Of a DNA stretch of 64,000 bases, positions 40,904 through 55,095 are shown piece after piece (position 1 is the first letter of the stretch; every line of letters starts with the position of its first letter). This DNA comes from the human T2T-CHM13v2.0 reference genome, Homo sapiens, in the NCBI RefSeq assembly GCF_009914755.1, contig NC_060933.1. One strand, 5' to 3'. A program made the translations under genes and the position numbers. Under the pieces are notes generated by a model, which saw nothing but the letters and a program-made list of their open reading frames with translations, searched no databases and was not told where the DNA came from.

Positions 40904-43900
40904 GTAATATCTCCCATTATTTCCAGAACATCACTGGCAACTAGAAACTTGTATGCAAGGGTGATTTTTATAACCGCAGAGTAAATAAAATATAATAGAG
41001 AATAGACTTGTAACAATAAATACACTTTAAATATAAATATACACATTGATATCCCACACATATAAAAGTCATGCTCTGCAAATACTTTGTATACACACTG
41101 TCCTTGTGGGGTATGAATTCCAGGATGTGTCTTCAAGGATTTACATGTGTCCTATTAGTTGTAGATATTTCCAGAGAACTTATGTAGAAGCAACACATTA
41201 CAAATTTTGGGGAAAAAAATTAAGTATCACAGAGCAATTTTTAAAATATTTAATACATTTTTGTTCTACAAAGAATGAGCATTTCTTAAATATTACAAAC
41301 AGTGAAACAAATATACTAGCTTACAGATATGTACAATTTATGACTTTATACTTCAAAAATGCAGGAAGATAAATTATATATTTTATATACATGTAATTTT
41401 AGATAGAATGAACAATTCAATATTGCTCTTGTGTTGGTCTTGCTGCATTGTATGCATGCCCATGGCTTGTCGCTGGATGGAGGAGGGGCTCATGGGGATA
41501 GAAGGGAAGTCATGGAGCCCCATGCTCATGCCCAGAGCGCCATCTTCAAAGCAATATTTAATTAAATATTAACTTATTCTGCCTGGGTCAAAAACTGCTA
41601 TGCCCATATGCAATGTAGGATGTGTTTTCAAGAACCACAGCTACATATTTGGGAATGGAAACGTACAAATGCTTTAAAAAAATCTAATTCTGTGATACTA
41701 ACTCCTCAAACTCTGAGTCAATTGGGGATCTCCTAAAAGACGATTTTGAGATAACCATTGATATCCTCAGTTCAGCTCATAGAAAACGATCTCAAAATGA
41801 AGACCCATAATTAAGGCTTCAATAGCCTTCCTAGCCTATAAATTCACAGAAAAAATATGAAGGAAAAAAATGTGTCCTGAATGAAATCAGACTTTCAGTA
41901 ATTACAAACTTCTCATGCTGATGAAGCCCTGAACACTTAAACATGTAGAAACTGATTTGAAAGGGATAAAAGAAATTCTGACTTACAATCAGTAGAAATG
42001 GGATGGTTTGCAGGAATATCTCACATTAAAACCTTATTAATACTACAGTCAGTGGCAAAGATCGCATTCTACTGTTAACAAAGAACCCAATCAAAATCTA
42101 TAGGTCTACTTTGGCCATGAAGTTCTGTTTCTTCTTCCATTTAACCTATACCCAAATTAAAACTTGATCATCTCTCTCTCAGAATAGAAACAGAAAAAAA
42201 ATGTCGGGACAAGTTGAAAAACAAATGTTCCAGAAAATCCGCCAACTAAAGATCTCATTGCGAATGCTGTGCAACAGCTTTTTAGAACAGAACAATCCTG
42301 CTTGAGGAATCTGAAGGGGGCCACGGGACTGGCCCAAATGCTCTTCACCCCCAGCTGGCTCCCACGCCACTTCTCTGCTTTCTCAGCTCAGCATGAGTGT
42401 TCCCCCTGTAAAGTCAGGGCGGTTTTGTTCTAGGAGATCATGGAGTCAAGCAGTTCTCAAAGGCACCTCCCACGCTCTAAACACATCCCAAGGGTGAGTT
42501 ATTGGGAGACCAGAGAGGATGAGATCAGGACAAGGGAACTGAACCAGAAAAGGCTGAAGAAAACTAGGACATATTGAGAGAGCAAGTGTGCTTTGGGGGA
42601 TGGAGATGGCCACACTGCTGCTGCTGCAAGCCCTGCATAGGAGGGACAGGAGAAACAGCAGTTGCAGGAGGTGGCCTGGTCAAACATCCCCAACTTAAGC
42701 CCTCCCTGTGCTGACACTGCCACCCAACAGCCATGCAGCCCCCACCCCCCCAGGCAGGCCCACGTGGGACTGCAGCTCCTTCTGCCTGCCAGGCGGGTGA
42801 CAGGAAGACTGCTGAGAGGATGATGCCACAGTTGGGGCCAGTAAATGTTCTGCCAACTGAAACAAACAGGAGATCTAACAGGCACTATCAGTGGGAGTTT
42901 TCAGGAAGCCAAGTCCAACCAGGCTCTACGATGGCAGAGCAATTAAGCTGAGTGGGCTCTTCCCAGGGCAGAGAAGCCTGCCTGTCTCCAGCCACCATCC
43001 TATCCCCAAGCTAACACAGGAAACCTGAAATAGCTGTAATTTGGCTTGAAAGATTAAAGATGCACACAAAATCATTAAGAGAAAAAGATAATTGTTTCTA
43101 GAGTGAATACTGTATTGAACAGCTCTTAGAAGACACGTATAATGGAACATGCAAGAGAATTTACTATTATTTAAATGCATTTTCCAGGAACATATTTCCA
43201 ATACAGATAGATCATCAAAAACACAGTGAATAACTTCTGTTTCAAAGTATTTCATTAAGGTGCAAAGTGTGGCATATACATGTTTGTGACACTACAAAAA
43301 TGGATGTGCTTCTGGTTGTCTGATGGCCTTTGCTGGCTGCTACCCAGCTGGGTACAGATCGAGTTATTTAAGAGAAGAAAACCACCTTGGAGGAAAAAAA
43401 CGTCTAAAAATAGTGAGTTTATTTGCTTGTATTTAAAATCTGAGGGCTGAAAGAAGTTATACTCCTCACAGGTCAAAAGAAGAAAATCACATTTCTAAAA
43501 CCCTCGATGTATAACACACAGGAACATTATTGCGATGTTTTAATACTGTCACGATATCCTCACTTAAAAACTGAAGAACTTCCGACAGAGCAGCACACTG
43601 TTAGTGCACTTATCCCTGCACATGAAGATAAATACTCTAATAGCTTAAAATGATACTTCCTAACTAGGTCTAGGTAAGGTGAACACATCCCCTCAGGGTA
43701 GCAAGGCTCCTAACAGGCCAGGTGGGAATTAAGAACGGACACCCTTTGGGGGAGAGGCTGTGTTTTTTAATCCCCTTTAAAAAAGTGTAAAATGGACCAA
43801 GTGTGGTCCACTTTGGACCATCTGATCTTCTCACCTCTTCCTGCCCCTCCCCTCCCCCAAAGATGTGATTGGCTTCTGTCTGGGGTTGGTGCAGGTAACT

Positions 43901-44274
43901 CTAGGTTAACACGCTCTCACATGCACGTAGATGACATTTAGTCCTCTCGGTACATGTTGCTTTGTGGGTACCAGTCCTCCCTCCCACCTTCGGGTGTTCA
44001 TCGCCACCTTCAGCAATTGCTGGCACCTCTCAGTTCCCAGGGATGCTGAGTGTGTTGGTTTTCACTTGAACCGCCTGGCAGATTCTGTGACTCCAGAGTG
44101 GGTGGCTTACTGTTGGTGGTGTGAAACGCCCTCTTAAGGACAATAGGACGCATCTCGATTAAATGCAATGTTTAACACGTGGGCATTATACATGCTACCC
44201 TGACGACGGTGGGTGTCATTTTGGGGGAGTGAGGTGCCGGGGACACACAGCTGCTCCTCCCGCAGGAAGGGCCT
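40880..44274 (-). other. DIRAS2: DIRAS2 3'UTR (~3.4 kb)
   Basis: Continuous from the stop codon to the AATAAA at 40903-40898. No recognisable interspersed repeat inside, and the distal part is U-rich on the minus strand. Confidence 0.8.
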
Positions 44275-44874
44275 TCACATGATCACGCACTTGCCTTTGA
44301 GCTTCTCTTTCCTTTTCTGCTGCTTGCTCTTTTTCCCGTCGATCTGGAGACTCACGGTCCTGCGCTTCTCCAGGTTGAGCAGCTCCTGGAAAAGCTCCTT
44401 CACGTTATGGTTGAGCTTGGCTGAGGTCTCCATGAAGGCACACTTCCATGTGCGGGCCAAGGCCTCCGCCTCGCTGCTCTGCACCTCGCGGCTGGGGCTC
44501 TCATCACACTTGTTCCCCACCAGCATGATGGGGATGCTCTCCACGTCCCCTTTGATCTCGCAGATTTGTTCGTAGATGGGCTTGAGCTCCTCCAAGGACT
44601 GTCGGCTGGTAATGGAGTACACCAGGATGAAGGCGTGCCCTTTGGAGATGGACAGCCGCTGCATGGCCGGGAACTGGTGGCTCCCCGTCGTGTCGGTGAT
44701 CTGCAATGTGCATATGCTCTTGTCACAGCTGATCACTTGCCGGTAGGTGTCTTCCACCGTCGGGATGTAGCTCTCCCGGAATGTGCCTTTCACAAACCTC
44801 AACACCAGGGAGCTCTTGCCAACACCGCCAGCCCCAAACACGGCCACCCGGTAATCGTTACTCTGCTCAGGCAT
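44275..44874 (-). CDS. DIRAS2: GTP-binding protein Di-Ras2 (Ras-family small GTPase), 199 aa, single coding exon
   Basis: [24 protein letters not shown]...KLKGKCVIM. Motifs: G1 GAGGVGKS, effector [10 protein letters not shown]3 DTTGSHQ, G4 NKCD, G5 ETSAK, polybasic tail plus CAAX CVIM. ATG at 44874 (context agcaacATG, A at -3), TGA at 44277-44275. In-frame upstream TGA at -24. Confidence 0.98.
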
Positions 44875-44910
44875 GTTGCTGGAGAGCTCCAACTCTCAGC
44901 CAGGACGCAC

Positions 44911-44930
44911 CTAGCAAAGGAACCAGATGT
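44911..44930 (-). other. DIRAS2: 3' splice acceptor of the DIRAS2 terminal exon (exon starts at 44910, 36 nt before ATG)
   Basis: Minus strand reads ...catctggttcctttgctag|gtgcgtcc, a pyrimidine-rich tract plus TAG|G. Composition switches from AT-rich to GC-rich at this point. Confidence 0.85.
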
Positions 44931-45352
44931 TTGAAAGAATTAATAATTAAAATATAAAAACATTAATAAGGATAGCTCTACCCTCTTTTGATAGCTTAAA
45001 AATGGGAGGTGATAACATTTAAAATAGCGACAATTCTAAATCCAATAAATTTGGTCAATCCGCCGTTTTCAAAAGGACAGACGATCTACTCAGGGGCTCA
45101 CTGGAGCCCATCTGTTTCTCTTTATTGGACCATGACAATGAGCATCTTTGCTCCCACATAGGCCCTAAGCCCAGGTAAAAGATGCAAAGTGAGCCCGAGA
45201 GACAGCACCAAGGAAAGGCAATGAGAAGATAAATTAACTACCCCCGAAAAAACACAAACACACATATGCACACACACATCACCATCATCAACAGCAGCAT
45301 ATCTTTGCTGTTTTACCTGAAGTACTGAGTACCCAATATACTGGTCATCATA

Positions 45353-45353
<1 letters not shown>

Positions 45354-45401
<48 letters not shown>
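45354..45401. repeat. (TG)24 dinucleotide microsatellite
   Basis: Perfect TG repeat, directly visible. Confidence 0.97.
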
Positions 45402-45403
<2 letters not shown>

Positions 45404-46599
45404 AAATACTGGGAGAGGGAGATGAATGAGGGAAAAGGATGTTCTAATATTTATTCAGTGTTTATATTAACTCATGAAATCCTCACCACTCTGCAGGAGT
45501 TGGTGCCATTAGCTCTGTTGTACAATGATGAAACTGGAAACAAGGAAGAGATCGGGAATGGAATGTCTCTGATGTTACACAGCAATAAGAGGGAAGGCTA
45601 GGATACAACCAAAGCATTGTGGATGTCAATGCCCATCCCATAAGCTGTCTGTAGACAGAGCTGGTCCCAGTGACTTGGGCGTTACTCAGGCCATAGTATA
45701 GATTGTCTCCATTAAGTATGAAGAGTTAACTAATAAGTGTGGATAGTCATTTCATTCATCAAAATTAAGATGATTATATAAGCTTTATTTTTAAGAAACA
45801 TAAGGAATCAGGTATTACCAGGATAGTAGCATAAACTACTTTTTAAGGGTCATTAAAAATGAGGAGAATGCAGCAACTCTTCATCACAAACTTCACCCCT
45901 AGTTTAATATTTATTTTTATTCAGGGATGTGTAGATGTGCCTTCTTAATTTACAATCTATCAAAATTTTTTCATTCTGTACCTTCTTCGGTAAGGAAGGA
46001 CATATAACACCAAACAAAATAGAGAATTACACAATTTGGATACATTTTTAAAACTGAAGTTGATAAGTAACATGGTAATGTGAAGCATGGAATTCATTCT
46101 TCTCAGCAAGCAGGCATTGTGCTGACTTTTCACCTTTCTAGTTTTAGGGCAACTTTGGAAAAACAATAAAAAGCTTTACTGAAGCAAATAAGTTTTAGAG
46201 TCCAGTAAAAATATTAAACATAACTACCAATGGAAGGAAATGCATTTGTGCAGTGAATATGTTCTCCTGACAGACAGAACATCAGGTCAAAGCCCTGGAC
46301 TGAGGTATTCCACCTTCTCATTTTGCCTCATGCGTCTGCCTACAAATCTGCTCGATTCAATACTCAGCTGTTCTTGCATGCACTTTGGAATCCCAAACCC
46401 TCCAAGAAGCTAAGGAAACATCAATGCTAACAGAAAATATAAAAGACTGTTAGGAAGTTCATTAACACCAAAAGATGGCAGAAGAGTCTGCGTAGGAGTT
46501 TGGTGAAGTTTATTAAATGCTTATGAGATAATTATGATTAATTCAAGGGTGAAGCATTGTGATAAATTTTTCCACAATTTTTTTAAAAAAACTCAATCG

Positions 46600-46958
46600 T
46601 GTCTTAGTTTGTTTTCTGTCACTATAACAGAATACCTCAGATGAAATAATTTTAAAAGCAATCTATTTCTTACAGTTCTGGAGGATGGTAAGTCCAATAT
46701 GAAGAAGCTGGATCTGGTGAGAGCCTTTTGTTGCCTCATAACATACTGGAGGGCATGGCATGATAAGACAGAGCAAGCATGTCAGCTAGGGTCTCTCTCC
46801 TTGTCTTATAAAGCCACTGATGCCATGACAGGCATTGCCCAGCCTCCTCATGACCTCATCTATTCCTAAAAGCCCCACTTCCAAATACCATGAACATACA
46901 CATTTGAGGATTACATTTCTAACATATGCACTTTTAGGGAACACATTTAAACCATAGA
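46600..46958 (-). mobile_element. MaLR LTR (MST-type)
   Basis: tgtcttagtttgttttctgtcactataacagaatacc...acacatttaaaccatag. Confidence 0.75.
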
Positions 46959-47665
46959 AAATGGACAATGGAATCTAATCTTAAGCTTCTTTCTACATCC
47001 TCAGAATGAAGCTCTCTTTTTGCTTAGAAGGGAGTTTCCTCACTCGTTTTGCCTTGTATTATGGTTATGTAGCTCCAGACTAGAGCATAAGCATCTAGCT
47101 GGAAGAGAACATATCTTAACAAGTTCTGCATCCCAATGTATCTCAAAGATCTCTTGGTTCACAGCACATACACTCTTTATGAGTTTGCTGAATATGTGGT
47201 CAGCTATGTTAAGGTGTCTCCATTATTAAACTGGCAACGAACACATAGGAAGTAAATGCTAAACATAAAATAAAGTATTCATGGCTACAATTATTCATTT
47301 ACCCAGAGAAATATCCACTGAGCTTCCACTAAACCAGGCTGTGGACAAGCGGCCAGAAAACAACTGTGCAGAGGACAGACTTAAGGAAGGATCTCTATTC
47401 TCATGAAACTCAGAATCAAGTAAAGCAGACATCAATCCAAAAGATAACTTCATAAATATTTAATAAATTATATCATAGCAAGTGCTGCAAAAGAGAGGTC
47501 TGAAGGAATTTCATGAAATTTGAGATATCAGGAAGAATTTCACTAAGGAGGTGGCATGGAAGCATGAATCTGAAAGATGAACAGGAGTCAGAAAGTTGAA
47601 GGGGTATAAAGTTCAATGTGCATTTATGAGATAGGCCTGGGCCAATAACTCCATAGTGATCTTCA

Positions 47666-47805
<140 letters not shown>

Positions 47806-49929
47806 TTGTAAACTATTTTCTTCCATGTCAGAACCATTCATTTATTTCACAAGCATTTATAAAATGTCTTCTAGATACTGTGCAAACTCAGTGCTTACCC
47901 AACAGCACTCACAGCATTAGAGGGGGGACAAGCATAGGAAAGTATACATTACGCCCCACTTCGCAGATGCTGTGATCTAGTTATCAACAAAGGCAGGATA
48001 AGAACCTAGTGGGGAATCTAGCTCTGCCTGGAGCCCTCAGGAAGCATTTCACAGAGGGCTGGAACTTGCCAGATGGTGAAGTGATGAAAGGCGTGTTAGT
48101 CAGAAGAAAGAACTTCATAGGAAGGAATAAATGGAGGAAATAGAGCTAATGCTCATGCCATGGTAGACAGCTTGTGTAAACTGGCATCCAGGAGTGAATT
48201 TGGGGTAGCAAGTGAGTGGTGGCACTCACCATCAATCAAGATAAAAGGCAGAAGAGAGAAGCAGCTTTAGAGAAATGACAGTAAACAACAAGGAGAAAGG
48301 AGCTGTGATTGGGTCAGGTTTATGGGACAAATGGGGGAGATATCTGGTAGGTGATTGGGATTTAGTGTGAAAGTTCAGCAGAGAGGACTCATCTAGTGAT
48401 AAATATCTGGATACCATTCATACACAAACAGCACTATAATAAACAAAAATTCTCCAGGGAGAGAGCATGTAGAATGAAAGGAGAATACCACATGCCCAAT
48501 CTGTTATATGCTATTGAGAGAACTTGGCAAGTTACTTAAACTTTCTGCATTTGAGTTGCTTTAGCTAGGAAATGGATATAATAATGCCAAGTTGTTTATG
48601 AGACTAATGTGGGGAGTAACACAATGCAATCAAGCACTTGAACAGCTCTCAGCACATAGTTTTTTGGCTACATTCAAGAAGGACCATGCAGATAAGGGGT
48701 TCATAAAGGAGCAGTATGATGGACAAGGAGAAAAATTCACAAGAGGGCAACTAGCTATTAAACTCATTCAATAAGATTTCAGAATACAACATTCATATAA
48801 AGAACCAACTGTATTTCTATACACTTGCAATGAACAATCTGAAAATGAAATTTAAGAAAATAACTCAATTTATAATAGCATCAAAAAGAGTAAGATACTT
48901 AGGAATAAATTTAACAAAAGATGCAAAACATATCTGGAAATTACAAACATGGTTGAAAGAAATTGAATACACGAATAAATGGAAAAGCACCCCATGTCAT
49001 GTATCAGAGGACTTTTACTGCTAAGATAGCAGTATTTCCAGGAATCACCTACAGATTCAATGCAATTCTTAAAAGCATCCCACTAGCGACTCTGCAGAAA
49101 CTGACAAACCGATCCCAAAATTTATGTAAAAATTCAAGAGACCCAGAATAGTCAAAACAATGTTGAAAAATTAAAAGTGAAAAAGCTGGCAGACCCATAC
49201 TTCCTGATTTCAAACTCACGACAAGGATATAATACATCAAGAAATTGTGGTACTAACACAGGATACACAGATACATGAACAGAATAGAATTCAGAGTCCA
49301 GAAATAAACCCTCATATTTACAGTCAATTGTTTTTTGACAAGGGTGTCAATAAAATTCAATTCAAAAGGCAGAAGGAATAGTCTTTTCAACAAATGATGC
49401 TGAAACTGGTAAAAGAATAAGGGGAGCACCTCTCCCTCACACCATACACAAAACTGACTCAAAATAGATCAAATACCTAAATATAAGAGCTAAAACTATA
49501 AAACTCTTAGAAGAAAACATAGGTATAAACCTTGATGACCTTGGAGTAAACAGTGTTTTCTTAGATGTGACACCAAAAGTATGAGCAACAAGATTAAAAC
49601 TAGGTAAATGTGACTTCATCAAAACTAAAGGACACAATCAAGAAAGAAGTAACCCACAGGATAAGTGAGTATTGTTATAAATCATATATCTGATAAGGGA
49701 CTAGTTCTGGTATATACAAAGAACTTCTACAATTCAACAACAACAAAACAACTCAATTAGAAATGGGCAAAAGACTTAAAAAGACATTTCTCAAAAGAAG
49801 ATATATGAATTTATTGACTATATTTAATAGTCAATAAGAAGATATACAAATAGCCAATAATAAGTCAATAACATGAAAAGATACTCAACATAATAGTCAC
49901 CAGGGAAGTGCAAATCAAAACTATAACAA

Positions 49930-50510
<581 letters not shown>

Positions 50511-51490
50511 AAAACTATAAAGTACCGCTTCATACTCACTTGGATGGTTATAATCAACAACAACAAAAAACAAACCCAGAAAATAACAAATGTTGACAAG
50601 GCTGTAGGAACATTTGAACCTTTGTGCATTGTGCATTGCTGGCAAAAAATGTAAAATGATATTGCTGTTTTGGAAAAAATTCTAGCAGTTCCTCAAAAGG
50701 TTAAACAGAATTATAATATGACCCAGCAATTCCCCTCCTTTGTATATACCCATGATAAATAAAAACACATAGCCACACAAAAATTTATACAATGATACTC
50801 ATAGCAATATTAAGCATAATAGCCAAAAAGTGGAAACAGCACAAATGTTTGTAACTAATGAATGGATAAGTAAAATGCAATCTACCCATTTCATGAAATA
50901 TTATTCATCAAGAAAAAGGAACTGGTACATACTGCAACATGGATAAATCCTGAAAATATTATGGCAAGTAAAAGAAGCCAATAGCAAAAGACCACACATA
51001 CTGTATGGTTCCATCATATGAAACATTCAGAATTGCAAATATACAGAAAGGGTATTTGTGGTTGCCTAGGGAGGGTGGGGTAGGGACTGGGGGGAAACAA
51101 GAAGTAACTGATAATAGGTACAAGGTTTCTTTGGGGGAAATGAAGTGTTCTAAAACAGTGGTAATGGCTGTACCGTAAAACCCTGCGAATGTACTAAAAA
51201 CCGCTGAAATGTACACTTTAATGCGGGAATTATATCTCAGTAAAGCTTTTACTTAAAAACAGACATGAGGAGGGCCAGTAATCCACTGCATATAGTCCAT
51301 TATCTACTGAAAATGATTCACACATATAGAGCATCAGGTCACAGACCCCAGTATGAGAAATAACCTGTTAAAGGTAACAGACCTCAGCTTTATTCCTACT
51401 AGGCAAGTAATTGAAATATCCCAAATATTCACAGTAGAAGATGAACAAACCCTGAAATATTCATACCATGAAAAGCAGTACCCTAAATTA

Positions 51491-51820
<330 letters not shown>

Positions 51821-53019
51821 GAAAACAATACAAAAAATGATACATGCAACAACCTCTTTGAACCTGACGGTGGCCTGCTGGGTGCTGGAAATATTACATA
51901 TCTTGATGTGGGTGGTGGTTACACAGATGTTAACATTGTTGTTATATGACCATTATCTAGATTATCCTATCTTATTCATTTAAAATTATCATGAAAATAA
52001 AATTTCAAATTTAAAAAATCTTTGAAAACTCAAAAATCCAATAGGATACATTTTCAGATCCCAGTTAGAGGAATAAGAGTGTTGTGAGATCAAGTATAAT
52101 AGAAATAGAAAGTAAATCTTTGATTTCACAAAGCAGAGGTTAAATAAAGACTGAGAAAATTTTAGTTAAGTGACATTGGGGGGTGTGAAGGGAGTAGAAG
52201 TTATGTTACAACAGGCCTGGGAATGATGGAAATGGAAGAGATGGCTAGAAAGACAAGAAATGTAGATTTCTCTTGAAATAAATGTGGAGATTAAGGAAAG
52301 GAGAAAGAATGACTAGTATAAGGTAATGCAGGGTTAGAGAGGTAGGAAAGATTCTGTATAGATCTGGTGATGGATAACTGATAGAGCAAATCTTAAGGAA
52401 GCAGGAGTCACCGGGGCCTAGGATGCAAATGGCAGGTCCGTCTTCAAGGAGGGGAGGAAAGAGAGAAGAGAGGGCAGGTGTTAGTTCAGAAGCGCAAATT
52501 AAAGCTGCCCAGACCAAGCCAAATCACTCAACTCACAAAGAGAGCACAAGAAAGCCTGATTGCATTTTAATAATTTTTTATAAAAGTACACTTTAAAACA
52601 AAAAAAAATTGACACAATGTATGTATTTGGTTAAAAAATGTAAGGAGATTATAAAATGTTCTTTTATGCATAGTCAGTCCCCTTCATTCAGGAGCCCCCC
52701 AGTTTCTCTTTTCAGAAATAACAACTGTTTAAAAGAATGAGAACTTAGTCATCATCTTCTGATGTCCACAATTATAATTTTAAATCAGGCACTTATTGTT
52801 TGAATAACAGACCTTTGCATCTTGACTTACTGACTTTGGACCATATCTATCTACAAAATTAACACAATGACATTCCTTCCTCCACTACCCTGATTTTTGT
52901 TACAAGAAAAATAAAGTTTGCATCAGCATTTAAGATTTCCAGCTATGTTATTTATAGTTTGTTCAAAATATATATGTGTTCTGTGCTTTGCCACAGCCTG
53001 TTTCTAAATCCTACCAAAA

Positions 53020-53345
53020 GGCTGGGTGCAGTGGCTCATGCCTATAATTCCAGCATTTAGGAGGCTGAGGCAGGAGGATTGCTTGAGGTCAGGAGTTCGA
53101 GATCAGCCTGGGAAACATAGCAAGACACCATATGTATAAAAAATACAAAAGTAAGCTAGGCGTGATAGCACACACTTGTGATAGTAGCTACTCAGGAGGT
53201 TGAGGCAGGAGGATCTCTTCAGCCCAGGAATGTGAGGTTGCAGTGAGCTGTGATCACACCACTGCACTCCAGCCTGGGCAGCAGAGCAAGACCCTGTCTC
53301 AAATAAATAAATAAATACATACATTCATACATACATACATACATA
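53020..53345 (+). mobile_element. AluJ-like with (TAAA)n/(TACA)n tail
   Basis: gaggattgcttgagg and gtgagctgtgatcacaccactgcactccagcc. Confidence 0.9.
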
Positions 53346-54806
53346 CCCTATCAATAAAGAACATTAATAGGATTCTGTAACTATTTTTCACTGCAGGAGT
53401 AGGTAGTAGGACTGGACCCACTGAGAGAAGGATAATCTTCTTTCATCAAACTTTGCTAATTGAAGAATAATTTTCTGTCAGTAACATTTGGATCTTACTT
53501 TTTTCCAGAGTTTTTTTTTTTTCCCTCTAACTCTTAGCTGCCAATTTTGATATTTCAATTTGTCTCCTTTCAGCCATTTCATGTGCTGGTATAAACAATA
53601 CTAATAAATTATTTCAGATGGTATTAAAATTTCTGAATTCATGGCCTCTCACTTGATTGATAGAGTCCTGAATGCAGCCCAAGTTCAAATTCTTTCTTCT
53701 TCAGACGTTATTTCATTTTTAAGTTTAGCATCCAGGCTTGTTAATGTAAAATCCAAAGCCAGTATGATTATCTTTCCTTTGTAAGAAATTTGTGTTTTTC
53801 CTTTCTCTTTGGAAGAGTTAGAGTTTTCTCTCTAACCTTGGATTTATGAAGATTCACAAGGATCCATTCGAAATTGCTTTTTGAGGGCTGGGCGGGGAGA
53901 GATGGGATAAAAACCCAATTTTTCCCAAAGCCTGGGGACACTTTCTTCTATTTTAAAAAATTACAACATTCCAACCCCTATATCTTTTCTCTTTCTGAAA
54001 CTTCTATTAGATGATGGATTGATTGTACCTATTCTTGATTTCTCCAGCATCTTCTATTTTTAATAAACTTTCTTGTACTCTGATTTTCCCTTTTTCATAG
54101 AAGTAGTTTCTTATCTTAGGAACTGTGATACCATGCTGAATTTCAACAAGAATGCTCGTTGCCATTGGTTGTGGCTGTTCTCCTCGCTTATCTGAGCTCT
54201 CTGTGTCTCTGTTTGCTCATTTTAATCCTTTTTTTTCATCTGCTCATTTCCCCAAATGTCTGCTGGTCTGTGGTTTTCCATTTGATTTATGAAAGAATCA
54301 TCACATTGGCTGGGAGAGGTAGCTGGAGTGTGAGTACTCTTGAAGATGTGCAGTTCTGTTTATCGACAGGCCATCCCCTGAATGGGAAGGCTGGGATGAC
54401 TTGATACACACCCCTGTTATTTTCCTTTTCTTGAACTTGGTTGAGCTAAACTGTCTCAACACTCCCTTATACTCCAAAAAAGCTTATACATAGACAGCTA
54501 GAGGAAGGAAAGGATTAAGAAAATAAAAAAAAATCCATCCCAAAGTGCATAAAATACAAAAATATATGTCAATAATTCAAAATGAGACCTCCTAGGCAGT
54601 GAAAATCAGTATTAGGCCTATTGGGCCTAGATTCAGGGAAAATGCATTTTGATTTGCTGAGTGACACAAGTTTCCCATTCAATAATATTTTAGAAGAAAC
54701 TTGAATTCTTGTGAATGAGATAGAAGCATGATCTCAGGCAAAACAAACCCACAGCCTTTATCTGTATTATACCCTAAATTAATCCTGCTTCAAAACACAG
54801 TTATGG

Positions 54807-54930
54807 AGCTGGGCATGGTGACACACACCTGTAACTCCAGCTACTTGGGAGGCTGAGGCAGGAGGATCGCTTCAACCCAGCTGCTCAAGACCAACCTGGG
54901 TGATACAATGAGACCCTGTCTAAACAAACA
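54807..54930 (+). mobile_element. Alu monomer (FLAM-like)
   Basis: Single ~120-bp Alu arm. Confidence 0.75.
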
Positions 54931-55046
54931 GTCAAAACTAGAGGGAAAATTATAGATTGGAAGAATTCGGATCTTTAAGAGTAAATGTTTGGAAAAGGTT
55001 GATAATTTAGTGTACTATTCTGCCCTAAATGTTCTATCTACAGCCT

Positions 55047-55095
55047 AAGCTAAAAGGTTTACAAAGCTAAAAGGTTTACAAAGCTAAAAGGTTTA
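55047..55095. repeat. 17-bp tandem repeat x ~3 (aagctaaaaggtttaca)
   Basis: Directly visible. Confidence 0.95.

Noticed and set aside
44875-44892. 6-aa N-terminal extension (MELSSN) of DIRAS2 in the ORF track
   Set aside because: It starts at TTG. The ATG at 44874 has good context and gives the recognised MPEQSNDY N-terminus.
44213-44934. Overlapping alternate-frame and antisense ORFs over DIRAS2
   Set aside because: Shadow ORFs expected from GC-rich codon usage, with no recognisable motifs.
48830-49151. L1 ORF2-like peptides as an active reverse transcriptase
   Set aside because: Short, frameshifted, 5'-truncated relic.
55047-55095. Short direct repeats as a CRISPR-like array
   Set aside because: Head-to-tail tandem copies with no spacers, in eukaryotic DNA with no cas genes.
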